From Chthoniobacteraceae bacterium (lineage in GTDB: Bacteria; Verrucomicrobiota; Verrucomicrobiia; Chthoniobacterales; Chthoniobacteraceae), in NCBI GenBank assembly GCA_031409655.1, contig JANNXQ010000137.1, forward strand, positions 1-21,135: a stretch of DNA of 21,135 bases. The letters run 5' to 3'. The notes beneath the pieces are model-generated. The model worked only from the letters and a program-made list of their open reading frames with translations, was not told the DNA's origin and searched no databases. Of the stretch, positions 8,651 to 17,682 are shown in pieces. Made by a program: the position numbers and the translations under genes. Numbering within the stretch: position 1 is the stretch's first letter; the number at the start of each line of letters is the position of its first letter.

Positions 8651-9760
8651 TTAAGCGATCGATTCAGCCTGCCCGCCTGGAAAGCCTTGCAGCTTGAGGC
8701 TGCTCAGGGCCGCGCGCACTTCGGAGTTCAGCTCCGCGAGCATCTCGCGAGTGATCTCGGCCTGCGCGGCCTTGAACTGCGCCCATTCGCTCGCGGTCTT
8801 TTGCAGCCGGGCGTAAGCCTCGGCCATGTAAGCGCGAGCGGGGGCGGTAAGCTTGGGGCATTCAAGCTTGGTTTCGAATTGGCGCTGGGCTTCCGCCAAC
8901 TGGGAGAGGAGAATTTTTTCCGAAGGCACCCGGCGCAGATCGGAGGTCAGACCGAGTTTCGAGAAGGTCCAGATAATCCACTTTGTGGGGTCAAACTGCC
9001 ACGGCTTCACGCCATTCCGGTAGTCGTGCTGAAACTCGTGGTGATAGTTGTGATAGCCTTCGCCGAAGGTGAAGACCGCCATGAGCCAGGAGTCGCGGGC
9101 GCTGCAGTTTGAAGAATACGGACGGTTGCCGATGTAATGGCAGAGGGAATTGATGCAAAAGGTGCAGTGCTGGAGGAAGACGACGCGAGCGACGCCGGCG
9201 ATGAGGAACCCACCCAAGGCCGAAGACCAACCGCCCCACAGGTAACCGAGGATGGCCGGAAGGATGAAGGCGATGAAAACGCCGATCCACTGCACGTAGC
9301 GATGCTGCCACATGACGAGCGCGTCCTTCTTCAGATCGGGGACGTTTTCATAAGTCACGTCGGGCCGGAGCTTGAACATGAGCCAGCCCATGTGGGCGTG
9401 AAAGAGTCCCTTGGAAATGTCGTAGGGATCATCGTCGTGATCGACGTGCTTGTGATGAGTGCGATGCTCGCAACTCCACATGAGGGCGGAATTTTCAAAC
9501 GCGCCCGCGCCAAAGATGAGGGTGCCCAGCTTCACGGACCAGTGCGCCTTAAAGGCCAGATGGGAGAAAAGCCGATGGTAGCCCAAGGTGATCGAGAAGC
9601 CGCACAGGGCGAGCATCACGAAGAACATCGCCGCCTGAAACCAATCGAGCCCGAAGTGCCAGATGTAGAGCGGAACGGCAGTGAGCGAGAGGAAGAGGGT
9701 GCCGATGAGGAACGAACTGGTGATCCAGTTCACTTTGGCGAAGGGAATGCGCGGAAACAC
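8651..9760 (-). CDS. Acyl-CoA/acyl-lipid delta-9 desaturase (OLE1/DesC type)
   Basis: His boxes GYHRLFSH, HRTHH, INSLCH, GEGYHNYHH and DPTKW. Start uncertain: GTG 9760 preferred, ORF open to 9853. Confidence 0.92.
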   Translation of the reverse strand: MFPRIPFAKVNWITSSFLIGTLFLSLTAVPLYIWHFGLDWFQAAMFFVMLALCGFSITLGYHRLFSHLAFKAHWSVKLGTLIFGAGAFENSALMWSCEHRTHHKHVDHDDDPYDISKGLFHAHMGWLMFKLRPDVTYENVPDLKKDALVMWQHRYVQWIGVFIAFILPAILGYLWGGWSSALGGFLIAGVARVVFLQHCTFCINSLCHYIGNRPYSSNCSARDSWLMAVFTFGEGYHNYHHEFQHDYRNGVKPWQFDPTKWIIWTFSKLGLTSDLRRVPSEKILLSQLAEAQRQFETKLECPKLTAPARAYMAEAYARLQKTASEWAQFKAAQAEITREMLAELNSEVRAALSSLKLQGFPGGQAESIA

Positions 9761-9942
9761 TGTGGAAGGATTTTGAGTGGTCAGTGGAAGTGGGGATGGG
9801 CGCGTGTCCTGTAGAAGCAAACATCGTGCGGTGCAACCGGAAAAGCCGACCATGGTTTTGGTTTTCTCGTATCTGAAATTCCGCGCGGTGGTGGCCTGAT
9901 GAGGGGAAATGCGTCCATTCGGTGACGATCAAAAATGCGGTG

Positions 9943-9972
9943 TTGCACCCGCGGCTCCGCGCCGAATACCGT
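9943..9972 (+). promoter_or_regulatory. Possible sigma70 promoter giving a leaderless or near-leaderless helicase mRNA
   Basis: TTGCAC-N18-TACCGT, 8 nt before ATG 9981; no Shine-Dalgarno sequence visible. Confidence 0.35.
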
Positions 9973-9980
9973 CCGGCCTG

Positions 9981-11195
9981 ATGTCATTCCAGGATTTTGG
10001 CCTTCTCGATGAGGTCGTACAAGGTGTTAAGGCAATGGGCTACGTCGATCCATCGCCGATCCAGCTCCGCGCAATTCCAATCGTGCTCGAGGGCCGGGAC
10101 GTGATGGGCTCAGCGCAGACTGGCACCGGCAAGACGGCGGCCTTCGCGCTGCCCATCCTCACCAAGCTCAAGCAACACGGCAAGATGCGGGCGCTCATCC
10201 TCGAGCCCACACGGGAGCTGGCGGCGCAGGTGGATACGGCTTTTCGCGATTACGCCCGGTTTATGGACGTGCGGGTGGGCTTGGTCCACGGCGGCGTCGG
10301 CTACGGCAAGCAGCGCGAAGATCTGGCCAACGGACTCGATGTCCTGGTGGCAACGCCGGGTCGGTTGCTCGATTTCATGGAAGACGGCACCATCAAGCTC
10401 GATGCCATCGAGTATCTGGTGCTCGATGAAGTGGACCGAATGCTCGACATGGGCTTCCTCCCGCAAGTCCGGCGGATCGTCGATCGCGTGCCCAAGCAGC
10501 GCCAGACGCTCTTCTTTTCCGCGACGCTCCCTCCGGAACTCGCCACGATGACGAAGTGGCTGCTCAGCAACCCCGAGACGATCGAGATCGGGGCGCGGCG
10601 GTCGCCTGCGGAGACGGTGACGCATGCGCTTTATCCCGTGGCGAAGGATCAAAAATTTGACCTGCTCGTGGCCCTCCTGGAGCGGACGAATTTTGACAGC
10701 GTCATCATTTTCAGCAGCACGAAAGTGATGGCCGATAAGCTCACGCACTGGCTCAAGGACATGAAACACTCGGTGGCGGCGATGCATTCGGATCGCACCC
10801 AGAGCGAGCGGCTGGATGCGCTGGAAGGCTTCAAGGCCGGAAAATATGAACTCCTCGTGGCCACCGATCTCGCCGCGCGCGGGCTGGATGTGGCCGGGGT
10901 GAGTCACGTCATCAATTACGACGTGCCGGGACATCCCGAGGACTACGTCCATCGCATCGGCCGCACCGGTCGGGCACAGCTCACGGGCGACGCCTTTACG
11001 CTTTTTGTCGCGGAGGAAATGGACCATGTTCGAGCCATCGAGCGGTTCATCGGCTCAAAGATTCCGCGGCTGAAGCTGGAAGGCTTTGACTACACCTACA
11101 CGACGCTCTTCAACGAGGATTCGATCCCAAAGGGCGGATTCGGCAAAGGCGTGCGGACGCTCAAAGGCTACTCATTCGGCCGCCGGCGGAAGTAG
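9981..11195 (+). CDS. rhlE: DEAD-box RNA helicase (RhlE-like)
   Basis: MSFQDFGL, Q motif PSPIQ, AQTGTGKT, PTRELA, TPGRL, DEVD, SAT, ARGLD, HRIGRTGR. Confidence 0.92.
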   Translation: MSFQDFGLLDEVVQGVKAMGYVDPSPIQLRAIPIVLEGRDVMGSAQTGTGKTAAFALPILTKLKQHGKMRALILEPTRELAAQVDTAFRDYARFMDVRVGLVHGGVGYGKQREDLANGLDVLVATPGRLLDFMEDGTIKLDAIEYLVLDEVDRMLDMGFLPQVRRIVDRVPKQRQTLFFSATLPPELATMTKWLLSNPETIEIGARRSPAETVTHALYPVAKDQKFDLLVALLERTNFDSVIIFSSTKVMADKLTHWLKDMKHSVAAMHSDRTQSERLDALEGFKAGKYELLVATDLAARGLDVAGVSHVINYDVPGHPEDYVHRIGRTGRAQLTGDAFTLFVAEEMDHVRAIERFIGSKIPRLKLEGFDYTYTTLFNEDSIPKGGFGKGVRTLKGYSFGRRRK

Positions 11196-12419
11196 CGGGT
11201 GAGGGGATGCACTGGTGAGCGCGAGGATGGCATCCACGGTTCGAGCAGGGCCGTGCTCTTGCGCCCAGCGTTCCGCTCCCGCATCGGCGAGTGCGGCCAG
11301 GCCGTCGAAGTCGCGGATGGCTTGGGCCGTAGCGATGAGCACTGATTCTGCGGTCCACTGCGGGAAGGCGACACCGCCGCCGAAATCGAAGGCCGTCCGC
11401 GCGAGCGTCGTTTCGGCGGGCACGACGAGCGGGATTCCATTGGCCACCGCTTCGCAGGCGACTGCGGAATACGAGGCGACGAAGCGATTCGACTCGTAGG
11501 GGCAGACGATCAAGTCAGAGCTTTCCAGGAGCTGTGCCCAGTGGATCTCGTCGGCGGTCTTTTCCTCCACGACGAGACGGCGGTCGCGGGCGGCGATGCG
11601 AGTGAGCGCTTCCTGTTCCGCCGGCGCTTCGCCGACGCCGCCGTTGTGCGCGAGGAGGCGCACCTCGGAGCCGGGGAAAAGCTGGAGCAACCCCTCGAAG
11701 ATCGCCGGCACAAGGTGATAGCCCTTTTCCGGGCGCTGATGTCCGAGCACGGCGACGGTGATCGGCCGGAGACCGATCCGCGAACGCGGGCGGGTGACGC
11801 GGTTGCGCGCGACGGGCAGAGTGGCGACGGGGCGTCGGAGGAGCAGTTCGTAGATCTCGCTCGAGGCGCGGTCGAAGGTGCTCATCCGCAGCCGGCGCTG
11901 GACGCTTTCGTCCATTTCATTGGCGGCGAGACGCAAGAAGACCGCCCGCGGATCCTGCCGGGGATCGCGGATTTCCGCGTTCAACCCCGTGGGCGTGCGT
12001 TGCAAGTCCAGTCCCGGGTCGATGCCAAATTCGATGAGCGCGTGCTGAATGTCCGGCGCGTCCCGCAACCAGCCAACGAGGGCCCAAAGTTGCGCCGCCT
12101 GGCCGGAGTGCAGGAAGACGACGTCCTCCGGTCCGGGCGCAGGATTGAGGGTGCGCAGATCTTCGATGGTCAGGCGCGTCGTCTCGAGGAAAGCGGCGAG
12201 CCATCCGCAGATGGGATCGCCATCGCTATAGTGATAGGTAAATCCGCGGAAGTGCGGCCGGGCGGCGAACTCTTCCTGGAGCCTTGGCTCCACCTGCGAG
12301 CTGGCGAAGACATGGGTCTCGACGCCCCGCCGGCGCAGTTCCCCGACGATGGCACGGGCGGATTGCGCGTGATGCCCGACGTCCCCGAGGAGTCCTGGAT
12401 CGCAGAAGAAAAAGCGCAT
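11172..12419 (-). CDS. Glycosyltransferase (GT-B, GT4-like)
   Basis: N-terminal DPGL..DVGHH; LGHQRPEKG; SDLIVCPY...SAVACEAVANGIPLVVP. Its 3' end overlaps the helicase 3' end by 24 bp. Confidence 0.72.
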   Translation of the reverse strand: MRFFFCDPGLLGDVGHHAQSARAIVGELRRRGVETHVFASSQVEPRLQEEFAARPHFRGFTYHYSDGDPICGWLAAFLETTRLTIEDLRTLNPAPGPEDVVFLHSGQAAQLWALVGWLRDAPDIQHALIEFGIDPGLDLQRTPTGLNAEIRDPRQDPRAVFLRLAANEMDESVQRRLRMSTFDRASSEIYELLLRRPVATLPVARNRVTRPRSRIGLRPITVAVLGHQRPEKGYHLVPAIFEGLLQLFPGSEVRLLAHNGGVGEAPAEQEALTRIAARDRRLVVEEKTADEIHWAQLLESSDLIVCPYESNRFVASYSAVACEAVANGIPLVVPAETTLARTAFDFGGGVAFPQWTAESVLIATAQAIRDFDGLAALADAGAERWAQEHGPARTVDAILALTSASPHPLLPPAAE

Positions 12420-12474
12420 CAAATTCCCTGATCACGTCGGCTCGCGAGCGCCGGCCTGGCTTCGGGCGCTCGAT

Positions 12475-13053
12475 CTAGGAGGACTGCGGTTCCGTGGGCG
12501 TCGGCCCCTTCAGGCGCTCCTCGATCTCCGTGAAAATCTGCCGGGTCGGGTCCGGGTCGAACTTGTAGTCGTCGATGACGAACTGCCGCTGCTTGCCCCC
12601 GATCTGATAACGCACCGTGGCGAGCCCCTTCGCGTCCCAGTTTTTTTTCCCGAGTCCGGTGATCGCCTCGAAAGGCACCCGGTTGCCAGACGGCGTGTAC
12701 ACCGCTTGGTCATCGGAGCGCAGGACGCGGCCCTTTTGCGTCAGCCAATAGATCAGCACGGTGCTGCCGATCACACAGAGCAGGCCCGCGAGGACGAACT
12801 GCACATTGATGTCCTGCTGCTTGTGCAGCTTGTGCGGCTTCTCGGTGACCCAGCCGCGCGACTTCGCATACTCGCGCCAGCCAGCCATGTTCCGCGCGTT
12901 TTCGTACTCCTCGTATTTGACGAAGCGCTCGTTGCTCTTCGGATAACCGACGGCACCGTCCCAGAAAAACCAGCCACCGATCGCGATCAGAAAGAGAGAG
13001 ATGAAGAGCTTCTGCTTCTTCCAAATAGAGGTGACGCGTGCTTCGGCGGGCAT
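12475..13053 (-). CDS. Hypothetical two-TM membrane protein (192 aa)
   Basis: The natural-looking part of the 407-aa ORF starts at MPAEARVTSIWKKQK; two hydrophobic helices and a soluble C-terminal domain. The upstream part is an off-frame reading of queG. Confidence 0.75.
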   Translation of the reverse strand: MPAEARVTSIWKKQKLFISLFLIAIGGWFFWDGAVGYPKSNERFVKYEEYENARNMAGWREYAKSRGWVTEKPHKLHKQQDINVQFVLAGLLCVIGSTVLIYWLTQKGRVLRSDDQAVYTPSGNRVPFEAITGLGKKNWDAKGLATVRYQIGGKQRQFVIDDYKFDPDPTRQIFTEIEERLKGPTPTEPQSS

Positions 13054-13105
13054 GGGACGGGCACTCTTGCGGGAGATGCGGCGGGTGACTAGCGGAAAAA
13101 ACTCG

Positions 13106-14224
13106 TCAGGGAAATCGTTCGCGGATGTGGGCGATGGCCCAGGCGGCGTGCTCGGCGATGAGCGGCTCGGGATCGGCGGCGGCGCGTTCGAGCGTGGGCA
13201 GGTCGTCGAGCGTGCCCACGTTTCCGAGCGCGACGCAGACGTTGCGGAGGAAGCCGCGGCGCTTGATGCGTTTGATCGGGGATTTCTTAAAGAGCGCGCG
13301 GAAAGTGGCGTCATCGAGCGCGAGAAAATCGCGGAGGGTCCAGCCGTGGACAAACTCGCGCGCGGCGAAGGCCGTCTCGCGGCTGGCTTTCGCAAAGCGA
13401 TTCCAGGGGCAGGCGTCGAGGCAGTCGTCGCAGCCGTAAATGCGGTCGCCCATGAGGGAGCGGAATTCTTCGGGGATCGCGCCTTTGTGTTCGATGGTGA
13501 GATACGAGACACAGCGCCGGGCATCGAGTTGGTGGGGGGCGGTGATGGCCTGTGTCGGACACGCGACGATGCAGCGAGTGCAACTCCCGCAGCGATCTGG
13601 GAGCGGGGCGTCCGCCTCGAAGTCGAGGGTGGTGAACACTTCGGCGAGGAAGAACCAGGTACCGAGCTGCGGATGGATGAGCATGGTGGATTTCCCATGC
13701 CAGCCCGCGCCAGCGAGTGCGGCGAAGTCGCGCTCGAGCACTGGCCCCGTATCCACGTAGCACCGCTGTTTTCCGCCGCGCGCGGTGAGCCACTCGTCGA
13801 GGACGCGCAGCTTTTTCTCGATCAACTCGTGGTAGTCATCCCCCCAAGCGTAGCGGGCAATGCGGTGGTTCGTTCGATGTTCGGTGTTCGATGTTCGATG
13901 TTCGATGTTTCCGTCCGCGACCACCTTTTGCGAAGAGAACATCGAACGTCCAACATCGAACGTTGAACATCGAACGGCGGACTCTCCGACGGGATCGCCT
14001 TGGAAGTAACTGAGCGCCAGCACCACCACGCTCTGCACGCCGGGCAGCACTTCGTCTGGATTCGTCCGCCGATCCGCATTTCGCTTCAGCCACTCCATCT
14101 CTCCTGCGCGCCCGTCGTCGAGCCACGCGCGAAACTCCGCGGCATGGGGCGGCGGCTGCGCGCGGGCGATGCGGCAGAGATCAAAGCCGAGCGTGGCCGC
14201 GAGGGTGGTGAGTTCCGTCTTCAC
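13106..14224 (-). CDS. queG: Epoxyqueuosine reductase
   Basis: G.M.WL, IARYAWGDDYH, VDTGPVLER, CGSCTRCIVACPT, RCVSYLTIE, GCDDCLDACPWN, RNVCVALGN. The GTG start overlaps the aroK TGA (GTGA). Confidence 0.95.
   Translation of the reverse strand: MKTELTTLAATLGFDLCRIARAQPPPHAAEFRAWLDDGRAGEMEWLKRNADRRTNPDEVLPGVQSVVVLALSYFQGDPVGESAVRCSTFDVGRSMFSSQKVVADGNIEHRTSNTEHRTNHRIARYAWGDDYHELIEKKLRVLDEWLTARGGKQRCYVDTGPVLERDFAALAGAGWHGKSTMLIHPQLGTWFFLAEVFTTLDFEADAPLPDRCGSCTRCIVACPTQAITAPHQLDARRCVSYLTIEHKGAIPEEFRSLMGDRIYGCDDCLDACPWNRFAKASRETAFAAREFVHGWTLRDFLALDDATFRALFKKSPIKRIKRRGFLRNVCVALGNVGTLDDLPTLERAAADPEPLIAEHAAWAIAHIRERFP
13871..13976. repeat. Heptamer-repeat hairpin element 3 (TGTTCGA units), in frame within queG
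   Basis: CGTTCGA TGTTCGG (TGTTCGA)3 TGTTTCC, a 22-nt loop, then GAGAACA TCGAACG TCCAACA TCGAACG TTGAACA TCGAACG. Confidence 0.9.
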
Positions 14225-14763
14225 GCGCCACTCTTCCACGCAAAGGCTTCGCGCGCCGCCGCGATCACCGCGTCCGCCGACTGCCGATGGGTGAAGTGCG
14301 TGGTATCGACGACGAACGCAGCCGCCTCTTCGTACACCGCGCGCCGTTCGGAAAGCATCTTGGTCACTGTTTCGCGCGGGTTCTCGGTCTGGAGGAGGGG
14401 ACGCTTCGTATTGCGCGCGACGCGGCTGAAAATCGCCTCTTCGCTGGCCGTGAGACAGACCACGAATCCGAGTCCCCGCAGGAGCGCCCGATTCTTCTCC
14501 CGCAAGACGGCCCCGCCGCCCGTGGCGATGACGCAGCGCGAAAATTGCGCCAGCGATTCGATGGCCGCCGTCTCCTGATCGCGGAAGCTCTCCTCGCCCG
14601 CGGTCGCGAAAATCTGCGGAATCGGCAGGCCCGCGCGCTCGACGATGAGCGCGTCGGTATCGAGAAACTGAAAGCCCATGCGCGCCGCGACGATGCGCCC
14701 GACCGACGATTTTCCACTGCCCATGAAGCCGACCAGGATGATGTTCTTGCGATGCGCAGCCAT
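14221..14763 (-). CDS. aroK: Shikimate kinase
   Basis: NIILVGFMGSGKSSVG, DTD, GEESFRDQE, IATGGG, RPLL. Confidence 0.95.
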   Translation of the reverse strand: MAAHRKNIILVGFMGSGKSSVGRIVAARMGFQFLDTDALIVERAGLPIPQIFATAGEESFRDQETAAIESLAQFSRCVIATGGGAVLREKNRALLRGLGFVVCLTASEEAIFSRVARNTKRPLLQTENPRETVTKMLSERRAVYEEAAAFVVDTTHFTHRQSADAVIAAAREAFAWKSGA

Positions 14764-14810
14764 GGCGCAGCGTGGAAACTGAAAGCGAAAGTGGGAAGTG
14801 GATTCTGCGA

Positions 14811-14913
14811 CCCGGGAGCGCCGCCGTCCCGTGCGGCAAACGGAACGGACGCGCCCAGCGCCATTCTACAGAGGATGCGGAGTTTGCCGCCCGAGGACGG
14901 CGGCGCTCCCAGG
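14811..14913. repeat. REP/REPIN-like palindromic element, copy B (inverted relative to copy A)
   Basis: 14811-14837 is the exact reverse complement of 5142-5168 (27 bp). The interior ACGCGCCCAGCGCCATTC matches copy A at 17/18. Its own arms are 14811-14841 and 14882-14913. Confidence 0.85.
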
Positions 14914-14926
14914 CCAGCCTCCGGGC

Positions 14927-15145
14927 CTAAGCGGCGGCGCTCATCGGAGCGTGGCCGGAGACCGCCGAGACTTCGGCGAGCGTCGCCCAGATACAGGCGA
15001 CGTCGCGGGTGTCAGGCGTGAAATTGCGCCAGACGTAGTGAAAGCCATTCTCGTCCTGCCGGCCCTCGGGCGCACGCTGGATTTCCACGTTCGTGATGAT
15101 CATGCCAACGATGAGGAGAGCGGAGAGGATGATAAGCGTCGTCAT
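14927..15145 (-). CDS. Small single-TM hypothetical protein (72 aa)
   Basis: MTTLIILSALLIVGMII...APEGRQDENGFHY; sigma54 site directly upstream. Confidence 0.65.
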   Translation of the reverse strand: MTTLIILSALLIVGMIITNVEIQRAPEGRQDENGFHYVWRNFTPDTRDVACIWATLAEVSAVSGHAPMSAAA

Positions 15146-15160
15146 AGCAACCAGATTTTC

Positions 15161-15176
15161 AGCAATGGCTGTGCCA
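15161..15176 (-). promoter_or_regulatory. Sigma54 (-24/-12) promoter
   Basis: Minus strand TGGCAC-AGCCA-TTGCT exactly matches TGGCAC-N5-TTGCW, 15 nt before ATG 15145. Confidence 0.75.
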
Positions 15177-15278
15177 GCGGGCCTTGCCAATCCTGCCGCC
15201 CCCCCGGTACCGAGGGAAATTTATCTTTGGATCCGGCTCCAAACGCGATTTCCGGACCAGGGCGCTCTCAGATTTGAT

Positions 15279-16031
15279 TCAGAGCGGCTCCATCCAGAAC
15301 CACGGGGTCATCACGCCTCGCTCAAAGAGGGGAAACGCGCGGATGTGTTCGGGGAAGAGGCGGACGAGGCCGGAGCCGCAGAGATTTTCCTCCATCCGGC
15401 GCGGTTCGGGGTCGATCCGGGTGATGCGATGGGAAGGGGTAAAGCGCTCCCGAATCGTCTCCAGGATTCCCGGGGCGCAAAGCTCGTGCAGTTCCACCAG
15501 CACTGGCGTCCGCCTCAGGCCAGGAGCGAGGTCCGGGTCGAGCAGGGCCGACTCCGCGCCTTCAACGTCCATGACGATGAGGGCGCGCCCCTCGCCGAGC
15601 GCCTCAAATTCCCGCTGCAAGTCCGCGGGCGCGCACCGTCCTTTGATCGTCAGCCGATTCTCCACGCCGTTTGCGGTGGCCATTTTGCGGAGCAGCCGTT
15701 GCCCGGATTCCTCCGCTTCGTAAGCGATCACTTTGCGCGCGATCCCGGCGTGGAGGAGGCCGACGGCGTAGTAACCTTCGGCCGCACCGATATCGATCAC
15801 GAGGTCGAGCGGCGCTGCCCGGAAGCTCTCCACGATCGGGAAAAGCTCGCGCTCATAAGTGCCGAGGAGCTTCGGATGGAGCGAACTGCCGCAGGCCTCG
15901 TCCACATATTTCATCCCCCGGAAAGGCCCGGCCATGATGCGCATCCGGGACATCCGTTCCACCTGCCGCAACGCGTAAGAGGTCGGGAGAAAACGGTGCG
16001 GGATGAACCGCCGCAGGGAGGGGGCAAACAT
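15279..16031 (-). CDS. FkbM-like SAM-dependent methyltransferase
   Basis: [35 protein letters not shown]. Confidence 0.8.
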   Translation of the reverse strand: MFAPSLRRFIPHRFLPTSYALRQVERMSRMRIMAGPFRGMKYVDEACGSSLHPKLLGTYERELFPIVESFRAAPLDLVIDIGAAEGYYAVGLLHAGIARKVIAYEAEESGQRLLRKMATANGVENRLTIKGRCAPADLQREFEALGEGRALIVMDVEGAESALLDPDLAPGLRRTPVLVELHELCAPGILETIRERFTPSHRITRIDPEPRRMEENLCGSGLVRLFPEHIRAFPLFERGVMTPWFWMEPL

Positions 16032-16134
16032 GGCGGTGAGGGCGGCCCAAGGCGTACAGCGACCCGCGCGCGAGCGTCAAGCGCGTCGGGCCGGGGCTTT
16101 CCCTCCGCGCAAATGCGAGGCAGTGTCGTCGACC

Positions 16135-17682
16135 ATGCCAGAGATCGTCCTCGCCACGCTCAACGCGCGCTACATCCATTGCGCGTTTGGGCTGCGCTAT
16201 CTGCTGGCAAATCTCGGTGCGTTGCAGAGTCGTGCGGCCCTCCTGGAGTTCGACATCAATCAGCGCCCGATCGAGATTGTCGAGGCGCTGCTGGCCCGCG
16301 AGCCGCGCATCCTGGGCTTCGGCGTGTACATTTGGAATGTCGCGCAGACCACGGAAGTCGTGGCGCTGCTCAAGCGCCTGCGGCCCGAACTCACGATCAT
16401 CCTCGGCGGCCCGGAAGTGAGCTACGAGACGGACTCGCAGGAGATCGTGCGCCTCGCGGATCACACCATCACCGGCGAGGCGGATTTGAAATTTGCGGAA
16501 GTCTGCCGTGCGCTGCTCGCGGGCGAAACGCTGCCCAGGATCATCGCCGCGGAGGTGCCGGTGCTCGATCGCCTGACGCTGCCCTACGAACTCTACACCG
16601 ACGAAGATCTGCGCCATCGCGTGCTCTACGTGGAAGCTTCGCGTGGCTGTCCCTTCACCTGCGAGTTCTGCCTGTCGTCGCTCGATATCCCGGTGCGCTC
16701 CTTCGCGCTGGCGCCGTTTTTGGCCGCGCTCGAGCGCCTCCTCGAACGCGGCGCGCGGCAGTTCAAATTCGTCGATCGCACCTTCAATCTCCATCTCCCG
16801 ACGAGCACCGCGATCCTCCAGTTTTTCCTCGATCGCTGGCGCGACGGGCTCTTCCTGCATTTTGAAATGATCCCCGATCGCCTGCCGGAAGCGCTGCGCG
16901 GGATCATCGCGAAATTCCCGCCGGGCGCGCTCCAGTTTGAGGTCGGCATCCAGACTTTCGACGACGCCACGTCGCTGAATATCAGCCGCCGGCAAAATGT
17001 GACGAAGCTCGAGGAAAACTTCCGCTACCTGCGCGAGCACACCGGCGTTCACATTCACGCCGATCTCATCGTCGGACTGCCCGGAGAAGATGTGGCGAGC
17101 TTTGGGCGGGGCTTTGACCGGCTCGTGGCCATGCGTCCGCAGGAGATCCAGATCGGCATCCTCAAGCGCCTGCGCGGCACACCCATCGTGCGCCACGACG
17201 CCGAATGGGGGATGCTCTACAGCCCGCAATCGCCCTATGAGATTTTGCAGACGCGGCTCATCGACTTCGCGACCATGCAGCGCCTGCGCCGCTTCGCGCG
17301 TTACTGGGATCTCGTGGGGAATAGCGGAAACTTCGTCGCGACCACGCCGCTGACTTGGGACGGCGGCGAATCGCCCTTCGCATCTTTCCTGCGCTTCAGT
17401 GATTGGATCGCAGAGACGCTTGGTCAGCGCCACGGTATCGCCCTGGCGGCGCTCGCGGAGTCGCTGTTTCGGTTTCTTACTGGCGAACGCCGCCTCGATG
17501 CGCACCGCGTGATCGAGGCGCTGACCGCAGATTGGAAAATGGGCGGACGCGGCGAGAAGCTGCCCTTCCTGGAGCCGACGGCGAAGCGGCGCGTCACGGT
17601 CGAGCCGCAGCTTCCGAAGCGTCAGTCGCGGCATCAGCGCACCGAGCCGATTGCGATCCTTCCGCTAGCTGAGCCGGGCTAG
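16135..17682 (+). CDS. Cobalamin-binding radical SAM protein
   Basis: N-terminal B12-binding region (YIWN, LGGPEVS, GEAD); [13 protein letters not shown] (CxxxCxxC); [21 protein letters not shown]. Confidence 0.9.
   Translation: MPEIVLATLNARYIHCAFGLRYLLANLGALQSRAALLEFDINQRPIEIVEALLAREPRILGFGVYIWNVAQTTEVVALLKRLRPELTIILGGPEVSYETDSQEIVRLADHTITGEADLKFAEVCRALLAGETLPRIIAAEVPVLDRLTLPYELYTDEDLRHRVLYVEASRGCPFTCEFCLSSLDIPVRSFALAPFLAALERLLERGARQFKFVDRTFNLHLPTSTAILQFFLDRWRDGLFLHFEMIPDRLPEALRGIIAKFPPGALQFEVGIQTFDDATSLNISRRQNVTKLEENFRYLREHTGVHIHADLIVGLPGEDVASFGRGFDRLVAMRPQEIQIGILKRLRGTPIVRHDAEWGMLYSPQSPYEILQTRLIDFATMQRLRRFARYWDLVGNSGNFVATTPLTWDGGESPFASFLRFSDWIAETLGQRHGIALAALAESLFRFLTGERRLDAHRVIEALTADWKMGGRGEKLPFLEPTAKRRVTVEPQLPKRQSRHQRTEPIAILPLAEPG

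Noticed and set aside
9775..9800. AGTGG-type short repeats here and at 14772-14801 as further heptamer elements
   Set aside because: Irregular 6-7 nt spacing and no inverted partner arm; probably just pyrimidine-rich leaders of minus-strand genes.
9816..9831. Sigma54-like site CCGCAC-N5-TTGCT upstream of the desaturase
   Set aside because: Lacks the invariant GG at -24.
10425..10436. DEVD instead of DEAD in the helicase
   Set aside because: Fits the DExD consensus and all other motifs are intact; a minor variant.
11172..11195. Convergent 24-bp overlap of helicase and glycosyltransferase
   Set aside because: Short tail-to-tail overlaps are common; no evidence of function.
2893..13976. Repeats as a CRISPR array
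   Set aside because: They are 7-bp tandem units without unique spacers, and no cas genes are present.
13106..14839. 577-aa ORF suggesting an N-terminally extended QueG or an AroK-QueG fusion
   Set aside because: The extension is an off-frame reading of aroK. The GTGA overlap at 14221-14224 gives a normal translationally coupled start.
15279..17682. Methyltransferase plus B12 radical SAM as a RiPP or natural-product cluster
   Set aside because: The genes are divergent, and no precursor peptide, protease or dedicated transporter is recognisable. The nearby small ORF looks like a membrane protein.
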